Below, one piece after another: positions 37,495 through 48,247 of a stretch of 64,000 bases of DNA. A program made the translations under genes and the position numbers. The notes under the pieces are model-generated. The model saw only the letters and a list, made by a program, of their open reading frames with translations, did not search any database and was not told the DNA's origin. The stretch covers positions 1,398,227 through 1,462,226 of the forward strand of contig NZ_JAUSVL010000001.1 of NCBI RefSeq assembly GCF_030814695.1, read 5' to 3'. The DNA is from Oligosphaera ethanolica (GTDB lineage Bacteria > Verrucomicrobiota > Lentisphaeria > Oligosphaerales > Oligosphaeraceae). Each line of letters begins with the position of its first letter. The stretch's first letter is position 1.

Positions 37495-40400
37495 CAGTCG
37501 GCACTCCCCATTTGCAGATGAACAAGGTGATCGAAGCCCGGCTTGGCGGCGGCAGCGCCGCGCGCCGGGAGGACCAGCGCGCGCGTTTCCCCGTCGGTGG
37601 CGGCGCTGAATTGGTACCGCCCGGCCCGCGGGAACTGAAACCACGCGCGGCCTTCTGCGTCGGCGGGAACGCCGTAGCGCTCGCCGCGCTCGGACGTACT
37701 CCAAACCACCGCGCCAGGCGCGGCGTGGACGACGCACTCGGCGTCCCGCGCCGGCACCAGTGGCGGCTGCGGCAGCAGCGAATCGCGGTAGGCGTCATTG
37801 ACGGCGTTGCGGACGTGGCTCGGGCGGCTCGCGTCAAACCAATTGAAGGCCGTGCTGCCATAGCTGGTGGCGACGATGTTCGTGCACAGCGGCTTGTAAC
37901 CCTTGCCGGACAGCGCTGGCCACGGCAAGCGGTAGTAGGGGAATTGGTCCGCAGCCAGTCCCGGCGGCAAGGTACCATTGGCCTTATGGTCCTTGATCAT
38001 GGTGGCGGTGACGCCCCAGGGATTGCCCTGGCCGCTGTCGTCGAGGCCCACGAAGCCATCGAGGCCGAGGCCCATGTAGATTTGCCCGGGTATGCCCAGT
38101 TCGCGGTACAGACCAGCAATTTCGCGGACGCGCGCGGCCTTTTTGGCCACCTGGCTGGGGATAGGCCCGATCCAGTTGTCCCAGGCACCATAGGAGCAGT
38201 ACAGCGTTTCGCCGAAGATCACCGGCCGGTACTCGTAGACCTTCTGCCAGTTAACCACCCAGTCCCGCACATTGAAATCGGGATAGTGGTAGTTGGCGGT
38301 GTCGCAGGGCGGGTCTTCGAACCAGCGGCCGCGCCGCGTCTGCGTGCCGATATCGCCATTGCGGGTCATGACCAGCGTCGGTTCGAGACTCTTGACGAAC
38401 TGGCCGTACATGGCGCCAATTTTGTCGTTGCGCACATTGAAATCGGCCTTTTCGGCGGTGTCCCATGCCTGGGTGAGAATCTCATTGTCTGTCGACCAAA
38501 CAACCACGCTGGGGTTGTTGCGCAGCATGCGGAACCAGCGCCGGTAGTTGTCGAGGTTGTACTGGTGGGTGGCGGTGGCCGGCCAGTCGGGCAGCGGAAC
38601 ATAGTTTTTCGGGTCGTTGCTGCGTTTACTGGGGTCGTCATGCAACCTCGGGTACGACTGCGCGTAGATGAGCATGCCGTAGCGGTCGGCCTGCCGGGCG
38701 ATTTCCGGCGCCCAATAGTCGGAGTCGTGGAGGCGCAGAATGTTGATGCCGTCCAGCCGATACAGCGGCCAGAAGACATCGCCGAGCTTGCTGATGCCCC
38801 AGGGCGCGTGGCCGACATCGCCCTGCAAGATGATGCGCCGACCATTGAGGTAAAAATCCGTCGCGTGTATCCAAAACTCGCGAAAACCGAAGGTCTGGCT
38901 ATGGCGGTCGACGACCTCACCAGCCACGACGAGTTCGCTGACCAGCTCATACACCTGCGGCGTGCCGTAGTCGCCGCCAATCCCCCAGCAGACGGGATCA
39001 GCCCACAGTGTCGCGTTGCTCACCGTAATCATACCGCCCGCAGGCAGCGCCACGGCCTGTTCGGGCAGCCGCAGGCGCAGCCGTTGGCCATCAGCCACGA
39101 CTTGCCGCAGCGTGCCGGCGACGGCATCGCGGCCACTATTGGCGAGCTCGGTCTGCACGCTCAACTCGGCATTGCGCCAGCTGGTCTTGATCCAGCTGTC
39201 CTGCACCCGCGCCGGCGCCGTGAAGTCGATGAAGATGTCGCCGCGCAGGCCATAGAAGCGCGTCACAAAGTACGAATCGAAGTCCAGTTCAATGAGGTTC
39301 TCGCCCGCGCGGACATTCTTCAGCGGTATTTCGACGATGCCGATGCTTCCCAAATACTCGCCGCAATACTCGCCATTGACATAGACCTTGACCTGCCCGT
39401 CGATATTTTCGCAGACGAAAGTCGCCTGGCTGGCGCCGTCCGCGACAAAATGCCGGCGGTACCACGCTTTCCGCTGAAAGCGCAGCATGTTGATGTCCAA
39501 ATCATCCCAACCCGGCAGTGGCTCGACCTTGCCATAGCGGTTCTTGGGATCGAGCTGGCGAACGGGATACTGCCCGACGCGGAAATACAGGTCGCACATC
39601 GCCTGCGGTAGCAGGAAGGACGACCACTCCTGGCGGTCGGCGCTGATCTCCCACTCGCCATTCAGGCAAAGCCGTGAACGACGGGTCAGTGGCGGCAATG
39701 GCTCGTCAATGCTGCGTGGCGCTCGCGCCACCGCCTGCCGCCGTTGCGCGGCGTAGGCATCCTCGCGACGCGTGTATTCGGCGGTGAGACGCTCCTGCGC
39801 CTGGATGACCGCCGCCTCGAGCCCGTCCTGCTGCTGTCGTAGCCGCTCATTGGTTTCGCGAAGCTCGCGCAGGCGCTGCGGCAACTCGGCATTTTCGCGC
39901 AGGATGTCCTCGCGCGAATACGCCGTCAAGAGCTGCTGCAATAGCGCGCACTGCTTGCCGTCAGCATACACAGCCATCGTGAGCAGCTGTTCGCCGGCGG
40001 CAACAGCCACCGCCATATCCCATTGTTCGCCGCTGACCAATTCCCGCTGCTGGCCCTGCAATTCCACACGATAGCGCACAGGCGCAGCAGCAGCGACGCC
40101 GTCTTCGCCCCCCTGCCCCTGCCCCGCCGCCGCTGCCGGCTCCGGCGCCCAGAATTGCACGCGCAGATCCTGCTGGCCGGCGAAGAGCGGCCCATCGCCA
40201 AAGGCGAAGCGCGCCATGAAGCCGGCGTCATAGGCTTCCGCCTGGCGCTCGCGGCCGGGGTGATCCGTGAAAACGCGGATGTCGCGCAACGGCTGGTCGG
40301 CCAGGTCCGACAATGCCGCACAAAAGCCGCAACCGTGCGTGCGATCGACAATTTTGAGCAGCAGGCGGTTAATGCCGCGCCGCAGCCGCGCCGGGTAAAT

Positions 40401-40919
40401 GAAATTATCGGGCACGACGGCCTGCGAGCTGTTGGCGCGACCGAGGAGGCGGCCATTCAGCCACGCCTTGTGGTCGTCGTCGCTGCCCATGCGCACGTTG
40501 ATGTCCTGATCCCGCGGCGATTCGATGTAGCAGGCCGCGTAGGCCGCGAAGTAATCATCAATGGGCATGAACATCTTGTCTAGGCTGATAATACCACGAT
40601 CGAAATGCCGCGCAGTCCACGTGATGGGAAAACGCCTGGTCTCCGTGAAGCCCCATTCGTTGGTCGACCCGATGCCGGCAATCAGCTTGCCCTTGTCGGC
40701 AACAAATTCCGCCTCGTCGCTCATGCCGGGATATGGCCGGCATTCGGCCTCGCTTGCAAGAAAATCCGTGTCGAGGCCGCGGCCACGGCCGTCCACCTGG
40801 TAGCTCGGATAGGGCCCGGCCAGCAGCCAGTCGCGAATGAAGCCATCGTCAGCCAACACCTGCGCAAATACCGGCAGGGTCGCTATCATCACCGTGAAAC
40901 CCACGCGTTGCAACATCAT
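37494..40919 (-). CDS. Glycoside hydrolase family 2 (beta-galactosidase/beta-mannosidase-like) with additional N-terminal domains.
   Basis: It has a signal peptide MMLQRVGFTVMIATLPVFAQ and a GH2 catalytic-region motif WSTDNE. It is about 1140 aa long. Confidence 0.75.
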   Translation of the reverse strand: MMLQRVGFTVMIATLPVFAQVLADDGFIRDWLLAGPYPSYQVDGRGRGLDTDFLASEAECRPYPGMSDEAEFVADKGKLIAGIGSTNEWGFTETRRFPITWTARHFDRGIISLDKMFMPIDDYFAAYAACYIESPRDQDINVRMGSDDDHKAWLNGRLLGRANSSQAVVPDNFIYPARLRRGINRLLLKIVDRTHGCGFCAALSDLADQPLRDIRVFTDHPGRERQAEAYDAGFMARFAFGDGPLFAGQQDLRVQFWAPEPAAAAGQGQGGEDGVAAAAPVRYRVELQGQQRELVSGEQWDMAVAVAAGEQLLTMAVYADGKQCALLQQLLTAYSREDILRENAELPQRLRELRETNERLRQQQDGLEAAVIQAQERLTAEYTRREDAYAAQRRQAVARAPRSIDEPLPPLTRRSRLCLNGEWEISADRQEWSSFLLPQAMCDLYFRVGQYPVRQLDPKNRYGKVEPLPGWDDLDINMLRFQRKAWYRRHFVADGASQATFVCENIDGQVKVYVNGEYCGEYLGSIGIVEIPLKNVRAGENLIELDFDSYFVTRFYGLRGDIFIDFTAPARVQDSWIKTSWRNAELSVQTELANSGRDAVAGTLRQVVADGQRLRLRLPEQAVALPAGGMITVSNATLWADPVCWGIGGDYGTPQVYELVSELVVAGEVVDRHSQTFGFREFWIHATDFYLNGRRIILQGDVGHAPWGISKLGDVFWPLYRLDGINILRLHDSDYWAPEIARQADRYGMLIYAQSYPRLHDDPSKRSNDPKNYVPLPDWPATATHQYNLDNYRRWFRMLRNNPSVVVWSTDNEILTQAWDTAEKADFNVRNDKIGAMYGQFVKSLEPTLVMTRNGDIGTQTRRGRWFEDPPCDTANYHYPDFNVRDWVVNWQKVYEYRPVIFGETLYCSYGAWDNWIGPIPSQVAKKAARVREIAGLYRELGIPGQIYMGLGLDGFVGLDDSGQGNPWGVTATMIKDHKANGTLPPGLAADQFPYYRLPWPALSGKGYKPLCTNIVATSYGSTAFNWFDASRPSHVRNAVNDAYRDSLLPQPPLVPARDAECVVHAAPGAVVWSTSERGERYGVPADAEGRAWFQFPRAGRYQFSAATDGETRALVLPARGAAAAKPGFDHLVHLQMGSAD

Positions 40920-41029
40920 CAGATCCCCATGTTCGTGCTTGTCATCGCCGGCGGCAAAGCCCCGCCCGCACCCGCAATGTAATGCCACAGACATTTTTTC
41001 CGCAGTCATGCCTTGGACGTTCACACTCA

Positions 41030-41118
41030 TTGGTAATCGGTCAGTGTACACCCCGGCGCTTCGCTGGGACAATTTGCAGGAAACCCACGGCCCGCCGCCG
41101 CCCAACCATCCGACCTTG
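41030..41118 (-). promoter_or_regulatory. Copy B of the conserved 88-bp upstream element, 111 bp upstream of the GH2 start.
   Basis: Its reverse complement is near-identical to 3292-3381. Confidence 0.4.
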
Positions 41119-41340
41119 ATTTCCGCCGACCTTTGCGGCAGCGTGTTTCATAGGAGTGATTGATAACCAAAACTGTGGTGCCTCTACGAGGCACTGTCTG
41201 TTGGCAGGCTGCTTCCCCAGGCTAAAGCCTGGGGTTAAGCATGATTAAGCGCCTACGGCGCAAAAACATGGCACTCGAGTGATGGTGGTTTTTGGCCCAG
41301 ATCGGACAAAGCAAGTCATCATATCGGCCAAGTAACATGG

Positions 41341-43344
41341 TCACAGCGCGTGGTAATGCAGCACGGTGGCGCCGCGCGGCGGCAGGGCGAAAGCCAAGCC
41401 GTCTTTGCTGAGGCGCCGGCCGCTGGCGGAATGCTGTCGGCCATCACGGAAATCGCTAAGGACGTAGTCGCGGTCGGGGTCCAGTCCGCGCAGGCGAAGC
41501 TGGAATGACGCATCGGACGCGTGTTCATTGCGCAGGAGAATAACTGCGCCAGCCTGCCGCGCGGAATCATGGAACTGCCGGGCCAGCCAGCGGTCGTCGC
41601 CAAAGAGTTCCTCGCTGAGCAGGTAGTAGTCGCCGTCGACGAAAAAGGGCCGCAGTTGCGACCAGCGCTCGGCGATGGCCAGCATGCTGTCGGTGGCGAA
41701 GCCCTCGGGGAAGCACAATGGCAGCAGAGTCATGGGCGCCATGCTCGCCGTGGCGGCGAAGTCGTCAACGGCGCGATCCTTGTCCTGCAGGCAGAATTTC
41801 TGCGCATCTTTGAAATACATCAGCCACTGATAGAGCACGTGGTGGTAGCGCTGTTTATCCACGTAGAGTTCATAGCCGTAGTCGCTGTAATGGAGTGGTA
41901 CGGCGCGGCGCATGGTTTCGAGGTCATTGCGGCGACCGCCGGAGGAGCAGGAGTCAATCCACAGCCCGGGATTGGCGGCAAGGAGGGCGTCCCAGTAGGC
42001 CAGGTAGCCCTGGATGTAGAGATTCTCGCAGATGCCCTGGCGCTGCGGCCCCTGCGCGGCATCGGCCTGGCGCCAGTAGGGCAGCGGATCGAAATTGAAA
42101 TCCTGGCGATAGACGCGAATGCCATTGTCGCGGATCTGCCGATTGATCTTATCCGTCAATGCCTGGCGGCAGTCGTTATTGCCGAGATTGAGCAGTGAAT
42201 TGACATTACCGGGCAATTTGATCCACCAGTCATCGGGCATGCCGTCCGTGCCCAGACCGGCGAAAATACGTTCGGGTTCGAACCACAGCAGCAGTTCGGC
42301 GTTCTCGCTGGCGAGTTCGTCGGCGATGGGCTTGAGGCCCTGCGGGAAGCGCGCCGGATCGGGCCGCCAATCGCCCGTATAGACCCAATGCGTGGGCTTG
42401 TCGGCCATCCATGGCGACGCGGTGCGTTTTTCCGGCGGCAGCGTGCACGGGTACCAACCGGCGTCGATCCACCAGCTATGGAAGTGGAAGCCCTTGGCAC
42501 GAGCCTCACGAATAAACGCGAGCTGAGTGTCGCAAGTCTCGCTGCAATGCTCGATGTCGGCGCTGCGGCGGGCGTAGCCGCAGAGCCGCGGCTGCAGGGG
42601 CTGACCATCGGCGGCACGCGGCAGAATATGCGCGCGGTACCACGCCCGCCAGCAGTTCACCGGATCGTCCGCAGCGGCGAAACTCATGACAGTCAGCCGC
42701 GGCGTGCGGATGCGCTCGCCGGGCCGCAGAACGCAGGCCAGCTCGCCCTGCCCGGCGCGCCACTGCACGCCGTCAGCGCCGATGTCGTAGTGGCATTGCC
42801 ACTGGCCGGGCCAGCCGATGGCCAGCGCATAGCCGCCGTCATCGCCCAACAGCCGGAAGTAGGGAAAGGCGCCATCGCTGGGTCGGCCGCCGCGATTGGC
42901 GAAATGAAGGTCGTCGCCTTGAGCCAGGGCGGTCGTGCTGAAGGAGTAATTCTTGTCGTCGTGGGATTCGGCAACGCCGCTCCACAGCCGCCAGGGCGCA
43001 CCGCCGGCGGCCATGGGCAGGGTCAGGTCCGCGCCCATGAGTTCGCTGATGGGCGCGGTGTCGTCGCTGCCGGCATTTTCCAGCCACAGAACCCACTCAC
43101 AGACGGGGTGGTCACGATAAATCGTAAGCTCGAAGCACAGGCGCAGGCCGCTGGCGGGATCGCCGCCGCTCAAGGTGACGCGTTGCCGGCAGCTGTCGAT
43201 GGTCTCAAGCCGCCGTTGCGGCCGCCAGCTCGCGGGAATACCGTGAAGCAGCTGGCCGCCATAGCGAAACGACAGGGGCAATGCGCCTGGATCGGCTGTC
43301 AATTGCTGTGCGAAGTGCCCATTGCGAAGCAACGCATCCTGCAT
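41341..43344 (-). CDS. Glycoside hydrolase family 36-like alpha-galactosidase.
   Basis: It has RQDFNFDP and WIDSCSSGGRRNDLE motifs, which resemble GH36 catalytic-region motifs. Confidence 0.7.
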   Translation of the reverse strand: MQDALLRNGHFAQQLTADPGALPLSFRYGGQLLHGIPASWRPQRRLETIDSCRQRVTLSGGDPASGLRLCFELTIYRDHPVCEWVLWLENAGSDDTAPISELMGADLTLPMAAGGAPWRLWSGVAESHDDKNYSFSTTALAQGDDLHFANRGGRPSDGAFPYFRLLGDDGGYALAIGWPGQWQCHYDIGADGVQWRAGQGELACVLRPGERIRTPRLTVMSFAAADDPVNCWRAWYRAHILPRAADGQPLQPRLCGYARRSADIEHCSETCDTQLAFIREARAKGFHFHSWWIDAGWYPCTLPPEKRTASPWMADKPTHWVYTGDWRPDPARFPQGLKPIADELASENAELLLWFEPERIFAGLGTDGMPDDWWIKLPGNVNSLLNLGNNDCRQALTDKINRQIRDNGIRVYRQDFNFDPLPYWRQADAAQGPQRQGICENLYIQGYLAYWDALLAANPGLWIDSCSSGGRRNDLETMRRAVPLHYSDYGYELYVDKQRYHHVLYQWLMYFKDAQKFCLQDKDRAVDDFAATASMAPMTLLPLCFPEGFATDSMLAIAERWSQLRPFFVDGDYYLLSEELFGDDRWLARQFHDSARQAGAVILLRNEHASDASFQLRLRGLDPDRDYVLSDFRDGRQHSASGRRLSKDGLAFALPPRGATVLHYHAL

Positions 43345-43414
43345 AATCCGTCCTTTGTTTGCGAAGCGTTGGGTGCCACGCAGGGCACGCCGCGCCCGAC
43401 GCGCCTCATGGTCC

Positions 43415-46400
43415 TTATTTGAGATAAAGCACGAAATCGTGGGTCGATGGTGGCAAGGCCAAGCCAGCGGCCGTCCTGGTCAGGGTCACGATTTTGTCCT
43501 CATTGAGATCGTATGCCTGCCAGCTCGTGTAAGGGAACGCGTCAAAGGCCAGCGCCGGCCGCGCTTCGCGGACTTCGCGCACATACACCGTCGGGAGCTT
43601 GGGATCCGGATTGACGATGGCGGCGGCATTGCGCAGGTAGATCAACGCCTGACCGTCCTTAGCGACCAGCGCCGTCGCCTGATAGCCGTCAGCGGGCCGG
43701 GCGAAAGACGGCACTGCCGGCAGCTGATCGAGGTCGAGCGTGGCGAGGTCCAGCACCGCCGGGTAACCGGCGGCCTCGTCGGCGGGCACGGTATCGAAAT
43801 CCGCACCGAGAGCCATGAGTTTCCCCACCAGTGCGAAGCAGTCGTTGTTTTTAGAAGCGTCAGCGGGCATGGCCAGCGCCAGGGGCGGGCGGCGACGCTG
43901 GAAACTGCGCAGGTCAGCGCCGAGAGCGGCGAGCACGCGGGTGGGCTTGCCGAGTTCGTCGGCCTTGCTGTCCAGATCAACGGTCCAATACATGACGCCG
44001 ACATAGCCGGCGGTGAGGGATAGCCACACCTGATCGCGGGCAAAACGGGTGCCATGGGGAACGATGACACTGTCGTAGTCCACGCCCGCCCGTGACCAGT
44101 AGGTCGCCGGGAAGACGCCGCCTTCGCCGGTGAGCGACGGCTTGCCCGACGCCATGCACCACTTGGCCCGCGTGAACATCAGCGCGCCGCGATCAGCATC
44201 GGGCCGACCGGTGTTATAGGGATGATCGCAGAACAAGTCGATGTTCGATTCGCGCCATTGCACCGGCGCCGGCCACAGGATGGGATGGGGATTGGCCAAG
44301 ATCAGCGTGTGGGGATCAATGGAGCGGATGAAGTCCGAGATGTCATTGCACCACGACATGGGCGGCCGAATCATCTCGTTCTCGAATTCATAGCAGAAGA
44401 TCTCCTCGCGATCCGCGAGGATGGGAATCAGCTCGCGCAGGTAGTCCTTCTGGCAGGCGATCACGTCTTCGTCGAGGTAGCGGTCGTAGGGATTGACCAG
44501 GAGGCGTTTTTCCACCAGGAAGCGCCGACGGTGTGGCGGCAATGCCGCCAATTCGTCTTCGCTGTAATGCTGCATGACGACCTTCTCCAGCACTTGGCTG
44601 TTGCCGTAGGGCGGTTTGACGTAGTCTTCGCAAAGCGCGACATTGAATTTGATGCCCAGCGGCCGCGCCAGGTCGAACATGCGCAGCACGGCCTGCAGCT
44701 GGGTGTGGTCCACTTTGCCGACCAGGTCCATATTGCGCAGCATCAGCCGCAGCGCCGTCAGGCCGCGCGACGCGCAATGCTCCAGGTAGTCCTTGACCTT
44801 CTGCTCCACGTCCGGCGCCCACGGATAGCCGTACTGGTAGTTGCTAGGCCCGCAGGGAAAGAGGTCCAGCGAGCGCTGCAGGCGGCCATTTTCCTGCGGC
44901 TTGCCATGCGGCCAGTTGGCGTACAGGCCGCCAAAGGGCGTGAAAAGTGCGCCATCCGGATGTTGCAGATAGCCACTGGGGCCAATGCTGATGGTGTCCT
45001 GCCGTTGCTTGGGCATGGGCGCGATCACGCTGCACCAGGTCTGGCCACGGCGACCCTCGGCGTCCTCAAGCGAAATCACGTAGTTGCGTTGCGGCGTCGC
45101 CGGCACCGCGATGCCCACCGTCGCCGGATTGCCCCGCAACGGTCCCTGAGCGATTTCGGCGCCCTGCCAGCGCGGCGCGGCGATGTCCACCGCCTGGCGG
45201 TTGCCGAATTCGTCCAGCCCCCACACCGACAGCGTCTGCGTCGTCGCCGTGCTGAGGACAAAGGAGCGCTCCAACTGCAGATCGTAGGACACGATCGCCG
45301 CCGGTGTCACCGCGATGTCAGCCTTGGCCGCCTTGCTTTGTCGGCCATAGTCGTCCGCGAGGCCAACACTGAGGGCGATGGTCCCGGTGCGCTTAGGCGC
45401 GGTCAACGGCAGCGTGAAGGCACCAGCAGCGTCCGTGCGGGCTTGGCCGTGGCGCGTTTCAGCATCGCCCTTGGCCGTTTGGCAGTGCATGACCCAACAC
45501 AATGGCCGGTCGGCCAGCACGCCGCCGGCAGCGGCGCGGACGACAACCCGCTGCGCGTGCTCAGCTCCCGCCGTGAGGGCCGTCGGCAGAGCCGTGAATT
45601 CGCAGCCGGCGGCGGCCGCTGTCGTGGCCAGGTCGTCCTGGCGGAGCACTGGCAGTTGCAGTACCTGCGGCTGCCGGGGCAGCACGCGCACATAGTCCAC
45701 CCAGACGGTGACGCCGGCCTGCTTGGGCAAGTCTATGCGCAGCGCCCGGAACAAGCGGCCATCCCAGAAATCCGGCAGGCTGCGCGGCAGATAGATGCGG
45801 GCAGTATGGGGCCCCACACCCGGCACCCGGAACTGCCCCTTGCGGTAGGTGCCCGTCGCGTCAGTGACGAAATAGCCCCACTGCAGGTCGGGCTGGCTCT
45901 GCCGCACCCGCAATTCGAGAATGGTGAAGAGCGACGAGTCGAGCTTGAAGGGGTCGTCCGCCGGCGGCGTGCCAAACATCGTCCCCCAGATGAAATAAGG
46001 GTCGCTGCCCGTCACCGGCACTTTCATCCAGCCGTCCTCAATCGTCACCGGGCCAATGTGTTCCGGGCGGTCGCCCCAGGCCTGAATGCCGCACTGGTCC
46101 TCGGCAAAATCCCATTCGTGGCCGAGGACGATGCGCGCGAAGTCGTCCTGGGGCTCCGGCACTTCCGCCAGCCGCGGCGACGGCTGCCAAGCCGCCGCGT
46201 CGGACCAGTACACCAACACGCACGCCGGCCGCTCCGGCCCAATTTCGCCCGGTAGTACAAAGCTCACCACGTCGCCATCCACATGACAGGCCAAAGGCGC
46301 GCCGGCCTTTTCCGACAATACCAGCCGGCAGCGCTCCGCGTCAGCCAGCTTGACCGTCACTGGCGGCTCCACGCGGCGAACGCTGCTGCTTATCTCCAGG

Positions 46401-46495
46401 CACTGCCGCCGGGACGCCTCAGGAAAATGCCACGGGAGTTCTTGCGCCACACAGGCCAGCGCCAGCGAACTAAGTACGACCATCGGTAGTTTCAT
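43415..46495 (-). CDS. Large secreted glycoside hydrolase, TIM-barrel GH5-like core, with N-terminal beta-sandwich domains.
   Basis: It has a signal peptide MKLPMVVLSSLALACVAQ, and LTALRLMLRNMDL and FCYEFENEM motifs that resemble GH5 strand 4 and strand 7. It is about 1026 aa long. Confidence 0.55.
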   Translation of the reverse strand: MKLPMVVLSSLALACVAQELPWHFPEASRRQCLEISSSVRRVEPPVTVKLADAERCRLVLSEKAGAPLACHVDGDVVSFVLPGEIGPERPACVLVYWSDAAAWQPSPRLAEVPEPQDDFARIVLGHEWDFAEDQCGIQAWGDRPEHIGPVTIEDGWMKVPVTGSDPYFIWGTMFGTPPADDPFKLDSSLFTILELRVRQSQPDLQWGYFVTDATGTYRKGQFRVPGVGPHTARIYLPRSLPDFWDGRLFRALRIDLPKQAGVTVWVDYVRVLPRQPQVLQLPVLRQDDLATTAAAAGCEFTALPTALTAGAEHAQRVVVRAAAGGVLADRPLCWVMHCQTAKGDAETRHGQARTDAAGAFTLPLTAPKRTGTIALSVGLADDYGRQSKAAKADIAVTPAAIVSYDLQLERSFVLSTATTQTLSVWGLDEFGNRQAVDIAAPRWQGAEIAQGPLRGNPATVGIAVPATPQRNYVISLEDAEGRRGQTWCSVIAPMPKQRQDTISIGPSGYLQHPDGALFTPFGGLYANWPHGKPQENGRLQRSLDLFPCGPSNYQYGYPWAPDVEQKVKDYLEHCASRGLTALRLMLRNMDLVGKVDHTQLQAVLRMFDLARPLGIKFNVALCEDYVKPPYGNSQVLEKVVMQHYSEDELAALPPHRRRFLVEKRLLVNPYDRYLDEDVIACQKDYLRELIPILADREEIFCYEFENEMIRPPMSWCNDISDFIRSIDPHTLILANPHPILWPAPVQWRESNIDLFCDHPYNTGRPDADRGALMFTRAKWCMASGKPSLTGEGGVFPATYWSRAGVDYDSVIVPHGTRFARDQVWLSLTAGYVGVMYWTVDLDSKADELGKPTRVLAALGADLRSFQRRRPPLALAMPADASKNNDCFALVGKLMALGADFDTVPADEAAGYPAVLDLATLDLDQLPAVPSFARPADGYQATALVAKDGQALIYLRNAAAIVNPDPKLPTVYVREVREARPALAFDAFPYTSWQAYDLNEDKIVTLTRTAAGLALPPSTHDFVLYLK

Positions 46496-46694
46496 GGGTG
46501 CCCTCATGTTGATGATGATGCAAAATGACGGGGTAAGGCCGCGGGACACAGCCGCGCGACATCAATTCGCCGCTACGCTCCAGCCGTATAAACAAACGGA
46601 CGCAAATCCGTTCGATTTGCGCCCGCGCTGTTCTCATGTTCACTATATTCGCCAGTCAACGCCAGCTGGGCGACGGCACCGCCGCCGGCGGCCG

Positions 46695-47351
46695 TTAGTT
46701 GTTTCTGAACATCTTGACTACACTTGCGGCCATATTCTGGTGGCTCAAGCCATCCACGTGACCATCACAGAAAAGGTAGTGCGCGCCGCCATTATGCCGG
46801 GGACGATAGGTCGCATTGCCCACGGGACCGGCAGTCGACGTCGTCAGGGGATTGGCTTGGAAACCACCCGTATCATGCACGTTGGTGTACCACGACCCCG
46901 AATCCACACCAGGCTCCTTCGAATCCATGATCACGGCAAGCTCCGATGGCCGCTTGATATCTGCCAGGCACACGGCTGCCTCCGTACCGCCATTGTCAAA
47001 ATTTCTGATGATATTCCGGTTGCAGCCATAATCCGCAATGTTGTGATGTTTTGCCTCCGACGGACAGTAGAAACAGGGGTTGCGCCCAAGATTGCCGGTC
47101 GTGCCCGGCAGCACCTCGTTAAGTTTGTCCTGCCAGAAGGGCGTCTTCCAGTTGCCCATGGGCGGATAATACTCTTTGTAGCTATCCGTATAGAGCATCA
47201 CCGCCGTGCCAATCTGCTTCAAGTTATTGCGGCAGGCAATGCTTCGGGCTTTGTCCCGCGCTTTGCTCAAGGCCGGCAACAGCATCGCCGCTAGAATAGC
47301 AATAATCGCAATCACCACCAATAACTCAATCAAGGTGAAAAAACGCCGCAT
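46695..47351 (-). CDS. DUF1559 / H-X9-DG prepilin-like protein.
   Basis: It has [32 protein letters not shown] and ends ...[13 protein letters not shown]. Confidence 0.85.
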   Translation of the reverse strand: MRRFFTLIELLVVIAIIAILAAMLLPALSKARDKARSIACRNNLKQIGTAVMLYTDSYKEYYPPMGNWKTPFWQDKLNEVLPGTTGNLGRNPCFYCPSEAKHHNIADYGCNRNIIRNFDNGGTEAAVCLADIKRPSELAVIMDSKEPGVDSGSWYTNVHDTGGFQANPLTTSTAGPVGNATYRPRHNGGAHYLFCDGHVDGLSHQNMAASVVKMFRNN

Positions 47352-47490
47352 GCACTGTCTCCTGTTTCTGTTCTTTTTAGGGGCTTCTTGGGGGCTTGTT
47401 TGGGGGCATTTTAGACAAAAAGACTCCGGTGTTGACGACCTACTCTCTCGCCGTCAACACCGGAGCGTTTCGGCCAAAACATTGTAAAAC

Positions 47491-48165
47491 TTACAGCGCG
47501 TCGATCCCGAACAGTTTACGGCAGTTCGCGGCCATGACATTCTGGTTGATGCCCTCGACATGGCCGTCACAGAATAGATAGTTCATTTCGTTGCCATGGC
47601 GCGGCAGGTTGCCGCAGCCCGGGCCGGCCGTGGTCGCAGTCAGTGGCGCGTTATAAAACGTGGATGAGTGCACATTGGTGTACCAAGATGCGACGTAGCT
47701 ACTCGACGACGTAATGTACTCTTTCGACTCCATAATCACGGAAATCTCCGACGGCCGCGTGATCTGGCTCTGCGCTACCGACGCCGCTGGGTTCGTCCTG
47801 CAATTCGAGATGATCCGCTGATTGTTGCCGTAGTCCGAAATGTTGTGGTGCTTGTCCTCGGAGGGGCAGTAAAAACACTTGTTGCGCCCAAGATTGCCCG
47901 TGGTACCGGGCAGGACCGAATTAAACATGTCCTGCCAAAATGGCGGCGCCCAGTTACCTACCATCATGGGCACGTAAGTGCCGTTGTTTTCATCCACATA
48001 GAGAATCAAGGCCAAGCCGATCTGCTTGAGGTTGTTGCGACAGCTGATCGCACGGGACTTCTCTCGCGCCTTGCTCAGCGCCGGCAGCAACATCGCCGCC
48101 AAAATCGCAATGATTGCAATCACAACCAGCAACTCAATCAGCGTAAACCTCGCCAGAGCCCTCAT
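47491..48165 (-). CDS. DUF1559 / H-X9-DG prepilin-like protein.
   Basis: The N-terminus is conserved, and the H-X9-DG motif reads [13 protein letters not shown]. Confidence 0.85.
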   Translation of the reverse strand: MRALARFTLIELLVVIAIIAILAAMLLPALSKAREKSRAISCRNNLKQIGLALILYVDENNGTYVPMMVGNWAPPFWQDMFNSVLPGTTGNLGRNKCFYCPSEDKHHNISDYGNNQRIISNCRTNPAASVAQSQITRPSEISVIMESKEYITSSSSYVASWYTNVHSSTFYNAPLTATTAGPGCGNLPRHGNEMNYLFCDGHVEGINQNVMAANCRKLFGIDAL

Positions 48166-48247
48166 GTGTGTTTCTCCTTGCTGCTATGCGCCATTAACAA
48201 GCAAACCCAATTCATGCTTTACACAAAAACTTTACGCAGTTGTTCTC

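Noticed and set aside
37512-39611. The 699-aa plus-strand ORF, and similar long plus-strand ORFs at 44222-46255, 42388-43422 and 43322-44023.
   Set aside because: They are antisense to the well-supported GH2, GH36 and GH5-like genes. Long antisense ORFs are expected at this GC content.
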